Positions 51,201-64,000 of a stretch of DNA of 64,000 nucleotides are shown piece by piece. The position numbers and the translations under genes are program-made. The notes beneath the pieces are model-generated. The model was not told the DNA's origin. It worked only from the letters and a program-made list of their open reading frames with translations, and ran no database searches. The DNA is from Klebsormidium nitens (taxonomy: Eukaryota; Plantae; Klebsormidiophyceae). The stretch covers positions 248,001 through 312,000 of the forward strand of contig DF236971.1 in NCBI GenBank assembly GCA_000708835.1, given 5' to 3'. Positions within the stretch are counted from its first letter, which is position 1; each line of letters begins with the position of its first letter.

Positions 51201-54200
51201 ATGGTCACGAACAGCACCGCACTCAGTGCCAGGAGCCATCATGCTGCTGCAATTCTCAGCTCACAGCGTTCTGAGACACAAGCGGAATCTCAGAAGCCAT
51301 TCGTCTCTGCAAAGCTGCGGCTGCATTCATCCATGTTCGCAGAAATGTGGTGTGGAGTCATTCCTGCTGGCAGGAGAAGACCTTGCAAGTCTGAGAGATC
51401 TACTTCCCTGGGGTCCTGCCGCAAGCAACCAAGCAACATGACAAGACAGTGCCAGCAGCTGTGGGGAGGCAGAGGGCAGAAGAGTCGCGTCGGGCGCCTC
51501 CAGATGGGGAAGGATGATGTAAGTACCAATAGCCTGATGTGGCCTGATGGAAGACACCTACTTCAGAACAATAGGCCCAGAATGAAAGTAATATCAGGAG
51601 CAAATGCTGTGAGCGTGCTCTACACAATGCTGTGAATAATTGGTGCAGCTTCTTTTTGAAATCCCTGCAAAAGTGCTCACCTGGAAGCTCAGGGTCCGTA
51701 TGACTCCCAAACTGGACTCGGACTCTAACTGCGGATTCAACTTGGAACAAAGATCAACGACGCTTTGAAGACCCAATGCTGCATTAGGGGAGAACTACAT
51801 TCAACACTTCAAGAATGCGTGAGGGACAGTGTGCCCTTACAACACTTCATTCGGGGCAGCCTCAGGAGCCTGCCTTAGCCTAAACCGACTACTTATCATG
51901 GTTTGCTTCAACATCGATAAGGAACTCAGGTGAAAGAGGACTGTTTCTTGATTCAGAATCTTCATGATCATCAATGAATATGAGTTTTCACATGAACTTT
52001 GCCGTCTTACCAACACATTTACAGACTCGTCGTCAAGATGCAAAACTTCTAAAAGTCTGTTTCTACTGCTTCAGTACTATCTGGTGGACGCCGATTTATC
52101 GTATGGCGACGGCTTCAGCTTTGCGGGGGGTATGTACTCCCAAGAACCGGGGCCCTATGAGGAGTGGCAGGAGAGGGGCAAGATTGTTGAGGCGTACGCT
52201 CTAAGAGGGGCTAAAGGAGAAGTGAAGGACCCCATCTTTGGGCTCAAGATGGGGGAGAACTCGCAGACAGGAGAGTCTGGCCTCAGGTTGGTATGCTTCT
52301 TCTTATTGGCCGCTTGCAGCTGCCTGGCTGTCAGCCCCTATCCTCTGGCGCTGCGATGTGACCCTACGGCGCTTAGATTTGTTTGACTCCCCTAGGCTGT
52401 GATCCTCTTTGTCTCTTGAGAGGGGCTCCAAACCTCACCCACATTTGGCTCCCGGCTCTTGGCAAGTGGAGAAAAGTCAAGCCGCGGATTGTATTGAAAA
52501 ACGCTAAGATGAGAAAGTTCCAATGCCATTGGTCGCAAGCATCGGAATATGACCTCTGTAGCGCTCTGATAGCGGCCTTCCCTTCCAGGGGCCCTGCGGA
52601 AAAGCATCCAGCAGAATAGATTCACAGTTCCCTGAAATTTTTTATCTTTCACGTCTTTTCCAGCCCTCTGCCTCCAATTTTTAACCTCAACAATCTCGAA
52701 AAGGCGGCTTCCGGGTGCGTTCGCCTCCTTCCGTCCTTTAGGCAGCATCTCCTTCAAAGGCCACGGCCCACGAAAAGAGCAATCTCAACTCATGCTATCG
52801 TACGTTTGCGTTTCTGCGCAGATGGTTCTATGTTGAAGAGGGAGAGGAAAGCGCCCCCCCCGTCGTGCTGCTGCATGGGGTGCCGTCACAGGCATACTCC
52901 TATCGAAAGGTGCTACCTATTCTGGCAGAGGCAGGGTATCGGGTCATCGCACCCGACTGGCTAGGTGAGAAATATAACGTGGGGGCATCGTACTGACTGT
53001 CGGAAACCCTGAGCATTCTGCGTGCAGCTTCTCTCCTGCCAACATGCAGCCTTTTGCTTATTGCAATCAAGAGGCGCTAAGCACTGGAGGTTCGCAAAGT
53101 AGGGACAGGGGAAACGAGACGGTTGACGTAGAAGGAAATGAAACATATTGGATCGCAGTCCATTGACTGCTCCTCTTCGCCCTGACGAGTCCTTCTGGAT
53201 CCTTACAAGGCCTTCAGTTCAAAGCCAAGCTTTAGTCACGTCTTTCCCCGGGGCTTATTTCGACAACCCGCTCAAGCTTCTAACCGGAGAATACAAGTCC
53301 TGAACATGCGTTCGTCTGGTCCAGGTTTTGGCTTCTCCGACAAGCCCCAGCCCGGCCCCAGCTTTAGCTACGGCCTGGATGAGTACCAGAAAGCACTCGG
53401 CAGCTTCTTGGACGCCCTGAGCCTGGAGAAAGTCACCCTTGTGGCGCAGGTAACGCTCTGACTGATCTCTGCCCTAGACGTTACAACGAGTAGTTGCTCT
53501 GTGACGGACGGCCGAAATGCTGAGTTGAGCATCTTCGCCTTGAAAGAAGGACGAGAAACATAGTCTCTTGATGGCAGTCGGGAGCAGCGCTCCCTGTTTG
53601 CAAAAAAGTCCGTAGAAAGTTCCACGTGATGTTAGGGTGCGCGTCGGCCGAAAGCTGCAAAAGGCTTTTCAGATTTTGTAGCCAATCGGATGCCTTTTTC
53701 AGATGACGTGATGTACCAAGGTACATACCAGAGCAGTAATATGGCTTGAAAAGTACCGTACCTCCTACCTGTCGGTACTACAAAGGCAACCGTTGAGGCC
53801 AAGTAGGTTTTTGGTCGACGCGCAGCTTTATGAGCATTGGGCCCAAAGATGGTCGATTGCGACCTTTCGAATGACACAAGTTGCGCTTCCAACTCCGTCT
53901 GTCGATCTTCGTTACCACCGGTGCCATGTCAAGCCACGAAAATGGACGGAAAACAGCGATTTTGCAACCATTCTTTGACGGCCTGCTTTGAGCCCCTTTC
54001 ACGTTTTCTACTCAACCTTCCTATAAACTCCTCTGGTCTTTCGTATCTCTGCAATTTCTCCTGGCCATCCCCCGATTTACGTTCTCCTTACCCCCCAGAC
54101 AGTCTCAAGAATAAAGTTTCGGACGTCCGAGCTTAAATCCTCAAGCTATCTTGGCAGTCAACCTTGGGCAAGGGTTCCCTAGCTTGGTCGGACCTGTCGA

Positions 54201-56843
54201 CCCCGCATGCGTCGAAACTTGCTGATTCCCACCAGGCACCGTGCAGGGCCACCTCGCCCCCGCGGCCATTCGATGGGCGACATCTAACCCCGACCGGGTT
54301 GAGCGTCTGGTCCTGTTGAACGCCCCGGTGACAAGCCAACACGCCAAGCTACCGGGCGCCCTCTCGACCTTCTCTACCTTCTTACTAGGCGAGGTCTTCG
54401 CTCAGGTAGGTGGTGGCCGACTGAGTTTTCAAACGTCAGATTTTGGCATTTGACAAACTTTCTTTCGAGAGTTCCAGGTCGTCTGAACGCCTAGCAATTG
54501 TTGGAAACTTACCAGAAACCTCAGGAGCTGTGATAAAAGCTGACGCAGATTCGGGTCTCTTCTTCTCGATTCTTTCTCACTTTGTTGACTAGGCTCTGCA
54601 TCCTTGGCAGGCTCGAAAGAACGTCGTCGCCGCTTTTTAAAAACAGACTCCTTAAGGCGTTCACATTCCTTTCAATAAAGGCGGCATGCCAATGTGCTGG
54701 TCGGAAGCTGTTGAAAATACTCGGGACACCGGTTGAGCGCTAACCAACTTCAGTTGTGCCCAAACCCCTCTTCATTATAGGCAGAACCCGTTCGAGGCCG
54801 GCAACAGTTTGGTCCGGTAGATCTATCAGGACAGTTGTAACCAGAAACCGACCAACTCAGAATGCTCACAGATCACCCTTACTGGGGCAACAAGTCAGGT
54901 CCGGAAGGAGTTTTCGTCAAACTCCAATTACGTCGCAACATCAGGCACCCAAAAACGCGCATCGACTAATTGTTGCGCTTGTAGCATGAGCGGCCGGCGG
55001 AGTCTGAACAAGGAAGGAATGAATTATTGTTTTCATCCGCCGCTTTCAGGACCCGATCAAGGCGAGCGACAGCACGCTCAACAGCTGCGGGCCGTACGTT
55101 TTGGACGAGCAGGACGCCATGGTGTACCGGCGTCCGTACCTGACAGCTGGCATGGCGGGATTCGCGCTGACAGCTGTCACGCGCGCGCTCAACAAGGAGC
55201 TCAAGGTGAGGCTCGGTTTCCAAGGCCAATGTTGTGGAGGAAAGATGGCAACGAATACACGGCTGCAACGAAGGAAGCAGAATCGGAAGAGAAAGGAAGT
55301 TTCAGCAATTAAGTAGAACTTCGAAATGAAAGCATCAAGCAAGCGACGAGAAACGACTGCTCGGCTACTTGTCAACCCGACAGTATCATCGCTCGACTTC
55401 AGGCGCCGGAATGCGGTCTAACATTCAGTAACCCGAATGCGGCACAGAGAGAAGACACGGGATTCCAGATCGCTCACGCAGCCTGTTCCGTACCTTGCGC
55501 CAGTTCAGAGCCTACCTTTGTACTAACGGGCAATCGATGCTTTGCTGCAGGGCGCCATCGAAGTTTGTCAAAAGGAACTGGCCCGGTGGTCTGTCCCGAC
55601 CACCTTAATGTGGGGCCGTAAGGCGAGTCGCCTCTTCCAGAACTCCTCTCGGTTTGGTTCCTCTATTTCTATGCTTACGCGCGCAGAAATTACCATTCCA
55701 AGCGAGCCGCGAGCTGCTGAAGGCCGGGCGGAATAGTGGCGCTTTGCAGATGATACAAATTTACTTCACGCTTGGACGCTGCTATTGCAGCTTATTCAAG
55801 AGTGGATGAGGTTCCAAGGCTCGCTTTGCCTGAGCGGTCGGAGAAGAGAGACTTGAACGTTGGGTTCAGTTCCCAGGTCCACTGCTCCTCTATCAGAGTT
55901 GGATACACTTGAACGTCCGCTGACACCTGTTCATTGAGCGTGACCACTTGCCGGTTGTGATTTGGCGCCTTCAGACGGATCCTTCTCACCATCCAAGCCA
56001 GTTGGGAATCTGACTGTAGACTTGGTACGTGACAGTTCCCTCCGCGGCTCTCCGACATGAAAGTTGGACTTCGACAAAGTGACCTCTGCTTGAGATAAAG
56101 AGCACAGTCGCATGAGATTCCATTGTTTTGGTGGCTCGCAATATCAGAGTGGGAAGGACGCTCACGGTCTCACGGATGCTTCGTCTTGCAGGACTACTGG
56201 CTCAAGTTCGACGGCGTGCAAGAGTTTGCGCGATCGGCAAACGTGCCGCTCGTCGAGTTGGATCAGGTGCCTTCTCCTACTACATCCTCTCAATTGTCCA
56301 CCTTTTGATGTAAGAGCAGCGCTGGAAGTTTTTTTCGGCCGCTTAGTCTGACCATTGGTTTCGAATTCATCTTACTATTCCAGATCCTTCCCGGTTTGAC
56401 TGCTCGGAGACAAAGCTGATCGTTGAAGAAAGCGAGTGACCTTGGAGGTTGCTGTGATCGCTTTCGATTAGATATCGCTCTTATTGTAGACGAAACTGGA
56501 CCCAATTCGGTGTGTTTCAAAGCCTTCGAGTCCGAAGTTGGGCGAATCTATCAAGGTCGAGGTCACTCGTTGATGGGACATTCTCCTAGGAGTGCAGTCC
56601 TTGTCATATGAAAACCCAGCCGACAAAAGCACACAGTGGCCAGTTCCAGTCCCGTGCACGGGGTAGATAGTCAAAATCTGAAAGGGCGAGTATGGCTTAG
56701 CTGACTCGACAGTTTGCAAAGCCGCAAGGAACGCTTCTTAAAAAAACGTTTGCATTCATTTGCAGGTGGGCCATCACGCCCAAGAAGATTACGGCGAGGT
56801 TGTCGGTGAAGCGTTGCGGATGGAGTTGCGGCGTCAGGCTTAG
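51201..56843 (+). CDS. Plastid-type alpha/beta hydrolase (haloalkane-dehalogenase-like family), multi-exon
   Basis: Exons give YYLVDADLSYGDGFSFAGG..KDPIFGLKMG, PVVLLHGVPSQAYSYRKV..IAPDWL|GFGFSDKP, VTLVAQ|GHLAP, LVLLNAP and VGHHAQEDYGE..*. Confidence 0.9.
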
Positions 56844-57483
56844 CGAATCAAAGTAAACTGACCGAGACAGCTAGGTTCACTTGTGTTTGTAGTGTCCCCG
56901 TGTCTCATGTCGGACTCACCGGCCAGTTGTTGTAGGCCGGGCGCGTTGACTTCAAGAGGCTTTCAACTCTTGATTTTCAGGCCGCGAAACTAACATTCAA
57001 GCTTGCATGAACGAGTCCGCTTCCAACCTAGTTTAGATGTTCACCAAGTTATGCATGCCAAAAGATGTTCCGACTATACAACTGCATACGTATCTCTTCG
57101 ATCATGGAATCATGTCGGACGTTCATTTTCGCGAACGTTGCCAAGAGGGCCTCATGTGTCCGGTCTTGATGTCATGTCTTTTTATTAAAGGACATCACTG
57201 CCAGCGACATATCCAGTGGATTGACACAAAACTGGTATAATTTTGCAGCCAGCAGCTAGGGGGGCCCCCACCGTCAAGTTACAACTTATAAAAACACGAA
57301 TTACACGCTATATAGAGTATATCGAAAGAAGCGCGGGGGAGTATATCAACATTGCACGTTCCCGCCCGCCCGGGTTTGCCGGGTCATGTACATGCACAAT
57401 CACTATAGGTTGCCACGTCTGTACATTCAACTTTGAACTACAGGAGTATTATCGGGTTCTCTCGTGAGTCCAGGAGAGTCCAG

Positions 57484-59156
57484 CTATGCGGTGAGCGCCT
57501 CGAGACGAATTGGACGCTTGAGCACGAAGATCCTGACGTTGTAGCCGTAGGTAAAGAAGCCGTTGTTGCTGGTCAAGCCGCTGTAGCGGGCCACGCCTGT
57601 TGCGCCAGTGAAGTTCCCGGTGCCCCCCACAACAGCGAGGTCGCCCGTCGTCTCAAAGCGGCCCTGTGAATTGTCGGAATCAAGCCGTGTCAGAAGGGTG
57701 AGAGAATGAATTGATGAGAGACAATGAGTGACGAAAGATGTTTCTCCTGGCATCTTCTCAAGAATCATGTTAGACAGGCGCCGAAGGCATTATAGAGCTT
57801 GAAAAGACCTTTTGAAGAAGCCTTTATGTATGAGAAGTCAAGCTGGAAACCATACAGCATCCAACTCAGTATCCGACGTTTGCTTGGGATCCTTCGCAAG
57901 CTGTTGTTGCGCCTGCATGGTTTGGAAAGTGTATTGCACCTGAAGTAAGGCTCGATCAAAGGCTGATTTGTCGGAGCGTGGCCATAGCAAAGACTCCTAG
58001 GCACCCTTGCACTGGAGATCCCCGGAATATCATCACTTGAGTGGCGAACCAAACCTCTCGCCTCGGTTTCCGAGACAGAGTGGCTCCACTCCGGCTCCCC
58101 CGGCTATACTACAAGAAGCGCCAGGTCGATTACGGTTGAATGATCTGAAAATTGAGGTGTAAGTTCTCGCTCGTTCCTGCGCTTATCTCAGCATGAACGG
58201 GCCGGGAAGCTTCGAGCTGTAAATATGTACGCGTCTGTGGTGACTGAAGCAGGTATTGCTAACCAGGTTTGCATAGCGGCAGGTTAACCCCGAAACAAAC
58301 TGGGGCATGGAGTGGCCAGGGAAGTGACTCACTGTCACGGTGAAAGAGCTGCCGTCGTAGAAGATGAAGGAGAAGTCGCACTCTTGCGCTACGTCAGTCT
58401 CAATCCAAGTGCAGATGCCTTGGTCGAAACCCAGGAGCTCGCCGGTGTTGAAGTCCTCAAAGGGATCGCTGCAGAGAAGGAAGACTTTTCTATGAAAAGC
58501 TGCCAGAAGTCCTCCGTTCATGATGGCATGTAACTTAGGGGCACGCTGCAGAGCAGCAGCTAGAGCCCGACTCCAACAAGCGTATTTTGGGTCCCTGAAT
58601 TGAGAATCTTCCCTCGGTTTGTTCCAGAACAAGTGATGTACAGGGAGATGTTCTGGCGATCATAAATCCTATCAAGAGCAGATCATGGCAATGATCACAT
58701 AACGGCACGCTGTTAGAAGTATTTGCGCACTGNNNNNNNNNNNNNNNNNNNNCGCGGGGGCGTTCACTTCGATTGCGGCTAATGGTCAATCAGGTGAACC
58801 AGATTTCTGGACTTTAGTACAGTCCGCGCCTGACCTGAAGACATACGCTTGAATCTTAAAACTACGTCTCAATCAGGAGCAGCAGGCCAGAAAGCCTTCA
58901 CCCTCAGCTTGTTGAGCATCGGGACTTAGAGTCATATCCAAGATCGATAACGCCTCCGAAGGATTGTAAGTTCTTAAGTTCAAGACTCTGCTCACTTGAA
59001 GTAGCTGATGGTTCCAAAGGTGGTGCCGACCTCCGGTAGCGTGAAGGGCGTCGCAATCTGCCTGAGCTGCAAGTTGACCTCCGTGTACTTGAGCTCTATG
59101 TTCTTCTGACCATCCGCGCGCGCGCTGACGAACAGCAGGGAGGCTAGAAGCAGCAC
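57484..59156 (-). CDS. Secreted dirigent/allene-oxide-cyclase-like beta-barrel protein, copy 1 (5' end unresolved)
   Basis: Exons 59156-58996, 58468-58333 and 57663-57484 in consistent phase. Signal-like VLLLASLLFVSARA, DPFEDFNTGELLGFDQGICT, and the dirigent-type motif AVVGGTGNFTGATG. Confidence 0.8.
58733..58752. other. Assembly gap (20 N) in an intron
   Basis: Run of N. Confidence 1.
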
Positions 59157-61962
59157 CTGCTCAAAACAAGCGGGAGGTCAGATCAACACTGCAGAAATGA
59201 CTACTACAGAAATCGATGCCAAACATATTACATGCACGGAAGGACGCCGAAGGATTCGGCTGTTAGGACAAATGCTGATTCCTGCCGGTGTTGAGAACCC
59301 GTCCAAACGGGTATAGTCATCTATAAAAGCACTCAGTGACGTTCTGACTGGCTAGCTTGCAGAGCATATCGATTGGTCAAATCATCCCGTTGAATGTGTT
59401 GTCTGTTCAGTCTTTCTGAAGTAATGGAAATCGTCAAGAATGCTCATATAATGGAAGAAAGGAGAATGTGACAGAACCAGAGGAACGTAAGCAGATTGAT
59501 TATTGGCTCGAGCCATCGACTTGACGCCATGTAATTAAGGTATGTGTTTGCTGGCATACCAAACAATGGACAAGTGATTCTAGTCGATTGAGAACTGATT
59601 CTTCAGTCCGACGTCGTTCATTTCAGAAGAATCTACCAATTAGTGACTGAAGATAGTAATTGAAACTGTATAAGGATGAAGCTGCAGAATGATTCAGAAC
59701 CGCAATAAAAGCTTGATGAACCCTTCCTCGGACATGATTTCGAACGCGCTCTTACCTGAACGATGGTGTTGTACGCCATCTTGATGACGGTAGTGAAGCG
59801 CCTTGGTCGCGTCGAAGCAATCCCAAAAGAAAGGTCCTAGCCAGCTCCGCCGAGCAAGACGCTTGCAAGCCTGCTGAAATCTGGTCGAAGAAAAGCTGAA
59901 ACTTGAAATGGCTGTATGCAAATTGCCGAATGCGCGGATCTCCATTTTGTAGGCCCGCACTTTGCTGCAGAAGAGGCGACCACGAATGGTCTGCAACATG
60001 TCACCGATCTCCTTCTGCAAAGTGGGGTAGAGTAACAGCCTTCAATTGAGAGGCCTTGCAAGGCCTCTCATTAACCCTGGTAGCCATATGCAGCGGCGGC
60101 ATCTTCGAATTCATCTTAAATCATTCAACGTTCGTTGAGAATTCCGATGGACCCTGACCTCTGAAGCTCACCGCAGCTTACTAGATTTATGCAGAATTCA
60201 TAGCCGATGGTCCGTTCAAAGTTAGCTACTGTTAGCCGGAAGTATCCCGATCAGCTAGTCATTTCTATCATCCGTAATTATTTGGACATTTTGTCGAGCT
60301 GATCGAGGTGCTTTGCATGAGGTACTAAAACGACATTTGCATGTGCCTGAAAGTGCTAAAACAGCCGGTGTCAAAGTCGGTCTGCTCTCTGTCACGGGCA
60401 ACTGGAAGTCGTGCACAAAAGGCACTGAGTTGGATGACACGCAGACGACCAATGCCATTGTAGCCTAGAAGGCGGTTGCTCAAGGTCAAGAAGGAACGGT
60501 TTTGATTTGAGAATATAAGGAATTTAGACATGGAAGTGGAGTGGTCCGCTATAGCGACGTCTCCTTCGATGCTACTGATTCCTTCTAGCGGCCCAGGGAT
60601 CTAGTAGCTGGCAAATTAACCTAATCGGCATATCCACTTGACCGCATAAAAGCCGACCGGAAAAGTGGAAGGGGTTTCACGCACGCCATACATTAAACCT
60701 CTGTTTGAATAACTCCAACATTTGAGGACGATTAATTTGTGAAGGCCACGTGGCCCTCTGTAATATCAAATGAGCAGGACACTCGAGGACGAGGACGACT
60801 GCAGTGATCAGAGTCACAGAATGAACTGTAGATCTACGTATACACCGACGTACCTCGAGAACTTCACAACTCATGGATATCACTCGGATGATGAGAAGTT
60901 AAGATCGAGTCGGACCCTGTGACAAGCACTGCGGGTGCTAGAGTGAAACGTCGAGTCCACATCCCCTTCTCCTTCACATTCTTCACTACTATTTATTTTC
61001 TCTTGAGATTAGCTTCTTTGAATGCTCAACTCCGGATCCACCTAGGAAGTTTTTGCCTTACGCCCCGAAAGCTATCTCCAGCCACCGCCTGCGGGTCCCC
61101 CTGCAACGTAGAACTTACAGAATAGCGTCAGCACTGTCAGAAGTGTCGCCTCCAAAGAAGTTTGTACGTTATGTGGATCTTCCAATCAGGCCGCCTGCCG
61201 CGGAGCTGATTCCCAAAGATGATGTAAGGTGTGCGCTTTTGCTTCTTTACGTCCAGCTGAGTTTGCAAGCTGGGCTACCGGTGGGAATCCGCATTTTGTT
61301 GGCAACAGTGGCTGACGACGCGACCAGACAAATCAGCAAACCAGGTTCCTGGGCTGAGTGTGAGCGAGTCAGAACCACGGTTTGAAGAAGAGGATTTGAT
61401 GAAGCCGTCATCGAATCGTTGCTGTCAACCAAAGGCTAAGGCATAGCCTTTGTTGACAGCAATTTGCCGTGTTGGCACGGCCCCCTTTTGGTCTGGTCGG
61501 GGCTGGGCTGCATTTTCACGGGGCTGTCTAGCAGTGCCACGACGTCAGCCTGTGGCGCGCGCATCTGGGCAAAGATGCCCGCGATTCCGCCGCTGACCGC
61601 CACCGAAACGGCCGCTTCTTCGGGTTGGGGGATCCCTTCCGGTTCAGTGCCCAAGATTTTCTCGCTGGCCGCCGTCGAAACGGCCGCTTCTTTGGGAGGG
61701 GGAATTCTTTCCGCTTCCCTGGGCTTTTCCGGCTGGCTGTCGGCGTTTCCGCTTCTGCAACAGCCGGAATCTCGTCATTTAATTGACGCATTTGGCGCCC
61801 CCTGATTGAGAAACCTGGAGCCTCTAGAATGGGGACAGCTGGCAACGTGTCAGTGGGCAGAGCCGGCATGTCTTCATCCCAAATAAACGACGCCCCCTAA
61901 TCGGACACATGCTCACTGATGGAAGCCACCCCGTGAGAAGGCAATTTCGATATTGGCTTCTT

Positions 61963-62038
61963 GGGCCATCAGGCCCAAGAAAAGTACGGCGAGGTTGTAG
62001 GTGAAATGCTGCGAATGGAGTTGCGGCGTCAAGCTTAG
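61963..62038 (+). pseudogene. Orphan copy of the hydrolase terminal exon
   Basis: GHQAQEKYGEVVGEMLRMELRRQA* versus GHHAQEDYGEVVGEALRMELRRQA* at 56766-56843. The AG acceptor is missing. Confidence 0.8.
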
Positions 62039-62619
62039 CATCCGGGCATAGCCAATAAAAGCTGACCCAGACGGCGTCACTTGGGTAATATGTCGTGTCC
62101 CCGTGTCTTATGTCGGACTCATCAGCTACGTCGTATTAGACGCGTGGACTCGAAAAGTTGCAATCCTTCATTTTCAGGCCGCAAAGCTTTCAGACTTGAA
62201 AGAGTCCGTTTCGAGCCCACTTTACATGTTCACAAGCTTGTGCATGAGAAAGATCTGAGTCCGACCACATTGTATACGCCATCTCATGTGGGCGCGTAAG
62301 CTTTGATTATATTTTCTCATGGAATCAGGACTTGCAACTTTAATGCCGATAGGGGCGGCGCCAGTCCGGTTTTGATGTCCCACGCGTCAAATGCCGGTAC
62401 TAAACACTGTCGCCATGACTAGCACTGCCTTATTGAACGCCGGCACACGAAACTGGAACATATGCAGCTAGCCAGCCTAGTGCCAGGCCACTTACAGCTT
62501 TGAAAAGCCGGGGAAGAACGGGCCTAGGAGAATTCTACGTCCGGGGTTTGATCATGCTCACACAATCACTCAAAGCTTGTCTAAGGTGATTGCCTTTTCT
62601 CTTTAGTCCAGCTACTGAG

Positions 62620-63609
62620 CTACGCGGTGAGCGCCTCGAGACGAATTGGCTTGAGCAAAAAGATCCTGACGTTGTAGCCGTAGGTAGAGAAGCCGTCGTT
62701 GCTGGTCAAGCTGCTGTAGCGGGCCACGCCTGTTGCGCCAGTGTAGTTCCCGGTGCCCCCCACAACAGCGAGGTCACCCGTCGTCTCGAAGCGGCCCTGT
62801 ACGGAAATGTCGGAAGAAGTGTCAGAAGAAGTGTCGGAGGTTGAGGTTGCATATAATGAGGGACAATTCGACCACAGCCAGGAGGATGGAGGACGATTGT
62901 CTAGTAGTCTTCACGACGAAGCGTCCGACAAGTAGACTCCGAAGGGCTCAGGAACCGGCGGGAAACGTTTTTTGAAGACCCATTGAGAAGGAGGTACATG
63001 CATTAAAAAGCTGGTAAACATTCAGTGTCCGATAAATCCAGGATCCACTGAACGTTTGCGTGAATCACTTCGCAAACTGTAGTTGCGCCTGACTCGGAAA
63101 GCGCGTTGCACCTCAGTAAAGTAAGACTTGATCAAAGGCCTGAACAATCAGAGCACAGCCGCGACACATAGTTTTAGAGATTTTTTTTTTGCGGACACTC
63201 AGCAAGATGGCACCCCAGTCCTTTCAACTCGATTCAAGACAGACTCCCTAGTTACCCTACAAGGCGCGCCAGGTCGTTGACGTTTGGAAGATGTGAGGAC
63301 AGAGGTGGAAGTCATCGCTGCTCACCGCGGGCAACTCAAATCTGAGCTGGAAGTGGCGAACTAAAAATACGAGCTCGTGTCACCATTGGAAGGGGATTGG
63401 ACCAGATGCTGAAGCTGTGGAGAGCCGTGTGATCTCCGTAGAAAGAGGAAGGAGTGGCAGGGAATCAACTCACGGTCACTGTGAACGAGCTGCCGTCAAA
63501 GAAGATGAAGGAGAAGTCGCACTCCTGCGCTACGTTAGTCTCGGTATAGGTGCAGATGCCCTGGTCGAATCCCAGGAGCTCGCCGGTGTTGAAGTCCTCA
63601 ACAGGATCG
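62620..63609 (-). CDS. Dirigent/AOC-like protein, copy 2 (last two exons; 5' part beyond the window)
   Basis: Exons 63609-63474 and 62796-62620 are intact with the same splice sites as copy 1. Differences are substitutions and one in-frame 3-nt deletion. Confidence 0.8.
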
Positions 63610-64000
63610 CTGCAAATCCGAAGGATTTGATACAGAAACTTGGTGATATTGAAGAGTTCCGTTCATGAGGGCATGGATTGTAGAGGTACGCTGCAGAGAC
63701 CAGCTGGCCCCCCGTTTCCAATCGACTTTTCTGACTCTCTGAAACCGACATTTCTTCCCGCGCTTCTTTCCAAATGGAGCGATCTGAAGGCAGAGAACGG
63801 TAAAGATTCCATCAAGAGCAGATTAGGAATGAAAGATTGCGCACGGAGCACTTATGGCTGATGACCAACCAGGTAATCGATTGAAGTGTCAATTCAGGTG
63901 TCCCTTCAAATTGAATCGATTCCCCGCCTGATCAGAAGCCAGACGGCTGACTCTCAAGCACAATCAACCAGGACCAGGCCAGAAAAACCCTTCATGTCCT

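Larger units (their letters stand above)
61963..64000. repeat. Segmental duplicate of ~56768-58905
   Basis: Colinear similarity across the hydrolase last exon, intergenic DNA, both dirigent-like exons and their introns, offset by about 5.1-5.2 kb. Confidence 0.85.

Noticed and set aside
59694-60883. Several 60-110 aa minus-strand ORFs upstream of dirigent-like copy 1
   Set aside because: They have no recognisable domain and could not be joined into a gene model.

Overview
Intron-rich eukaryotic nuclear DNA. Gene content (land-plant-type homologs, plastid transit peptides, a Sec-decoding gene) suggests a streptophyte green alga, possibly Klebsormidium; this is inference. About ten spliced genes can be read: MYND-finger protein, CinA-like/HxGH nucleotidyltransferase, OPA3, a BtuF-like/DUF5522 fusion, a membrane protein, RGP1, a RUN-PX-Rubicon-homology protein, a LysM membrane protein, a plastid alpha/beta hydrolase and two dirigent/AOC-like paralogs. 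There are also a MITE, a mitochondrial-type tRNA-Phe in an intron, a frameshifted GH16 remnant and a segmental duplication. The main signal is a hidden selenoprotein gene at about 23.9-27.7 kb. An in-frame TGA at 25820-25822 lies 12 nt before a canonical splice donor, coding resumes in two downstream exons, and a textbook type II SECIS (27622-27698) sits in the 3' UTR. The gene also has two interchangeable terminal exons and two intronic 45-nt copies of the UGA-bearing exon end. Across the window, introns repeatedly contain tandem degenerate copies of neighbouring exon boundaries.
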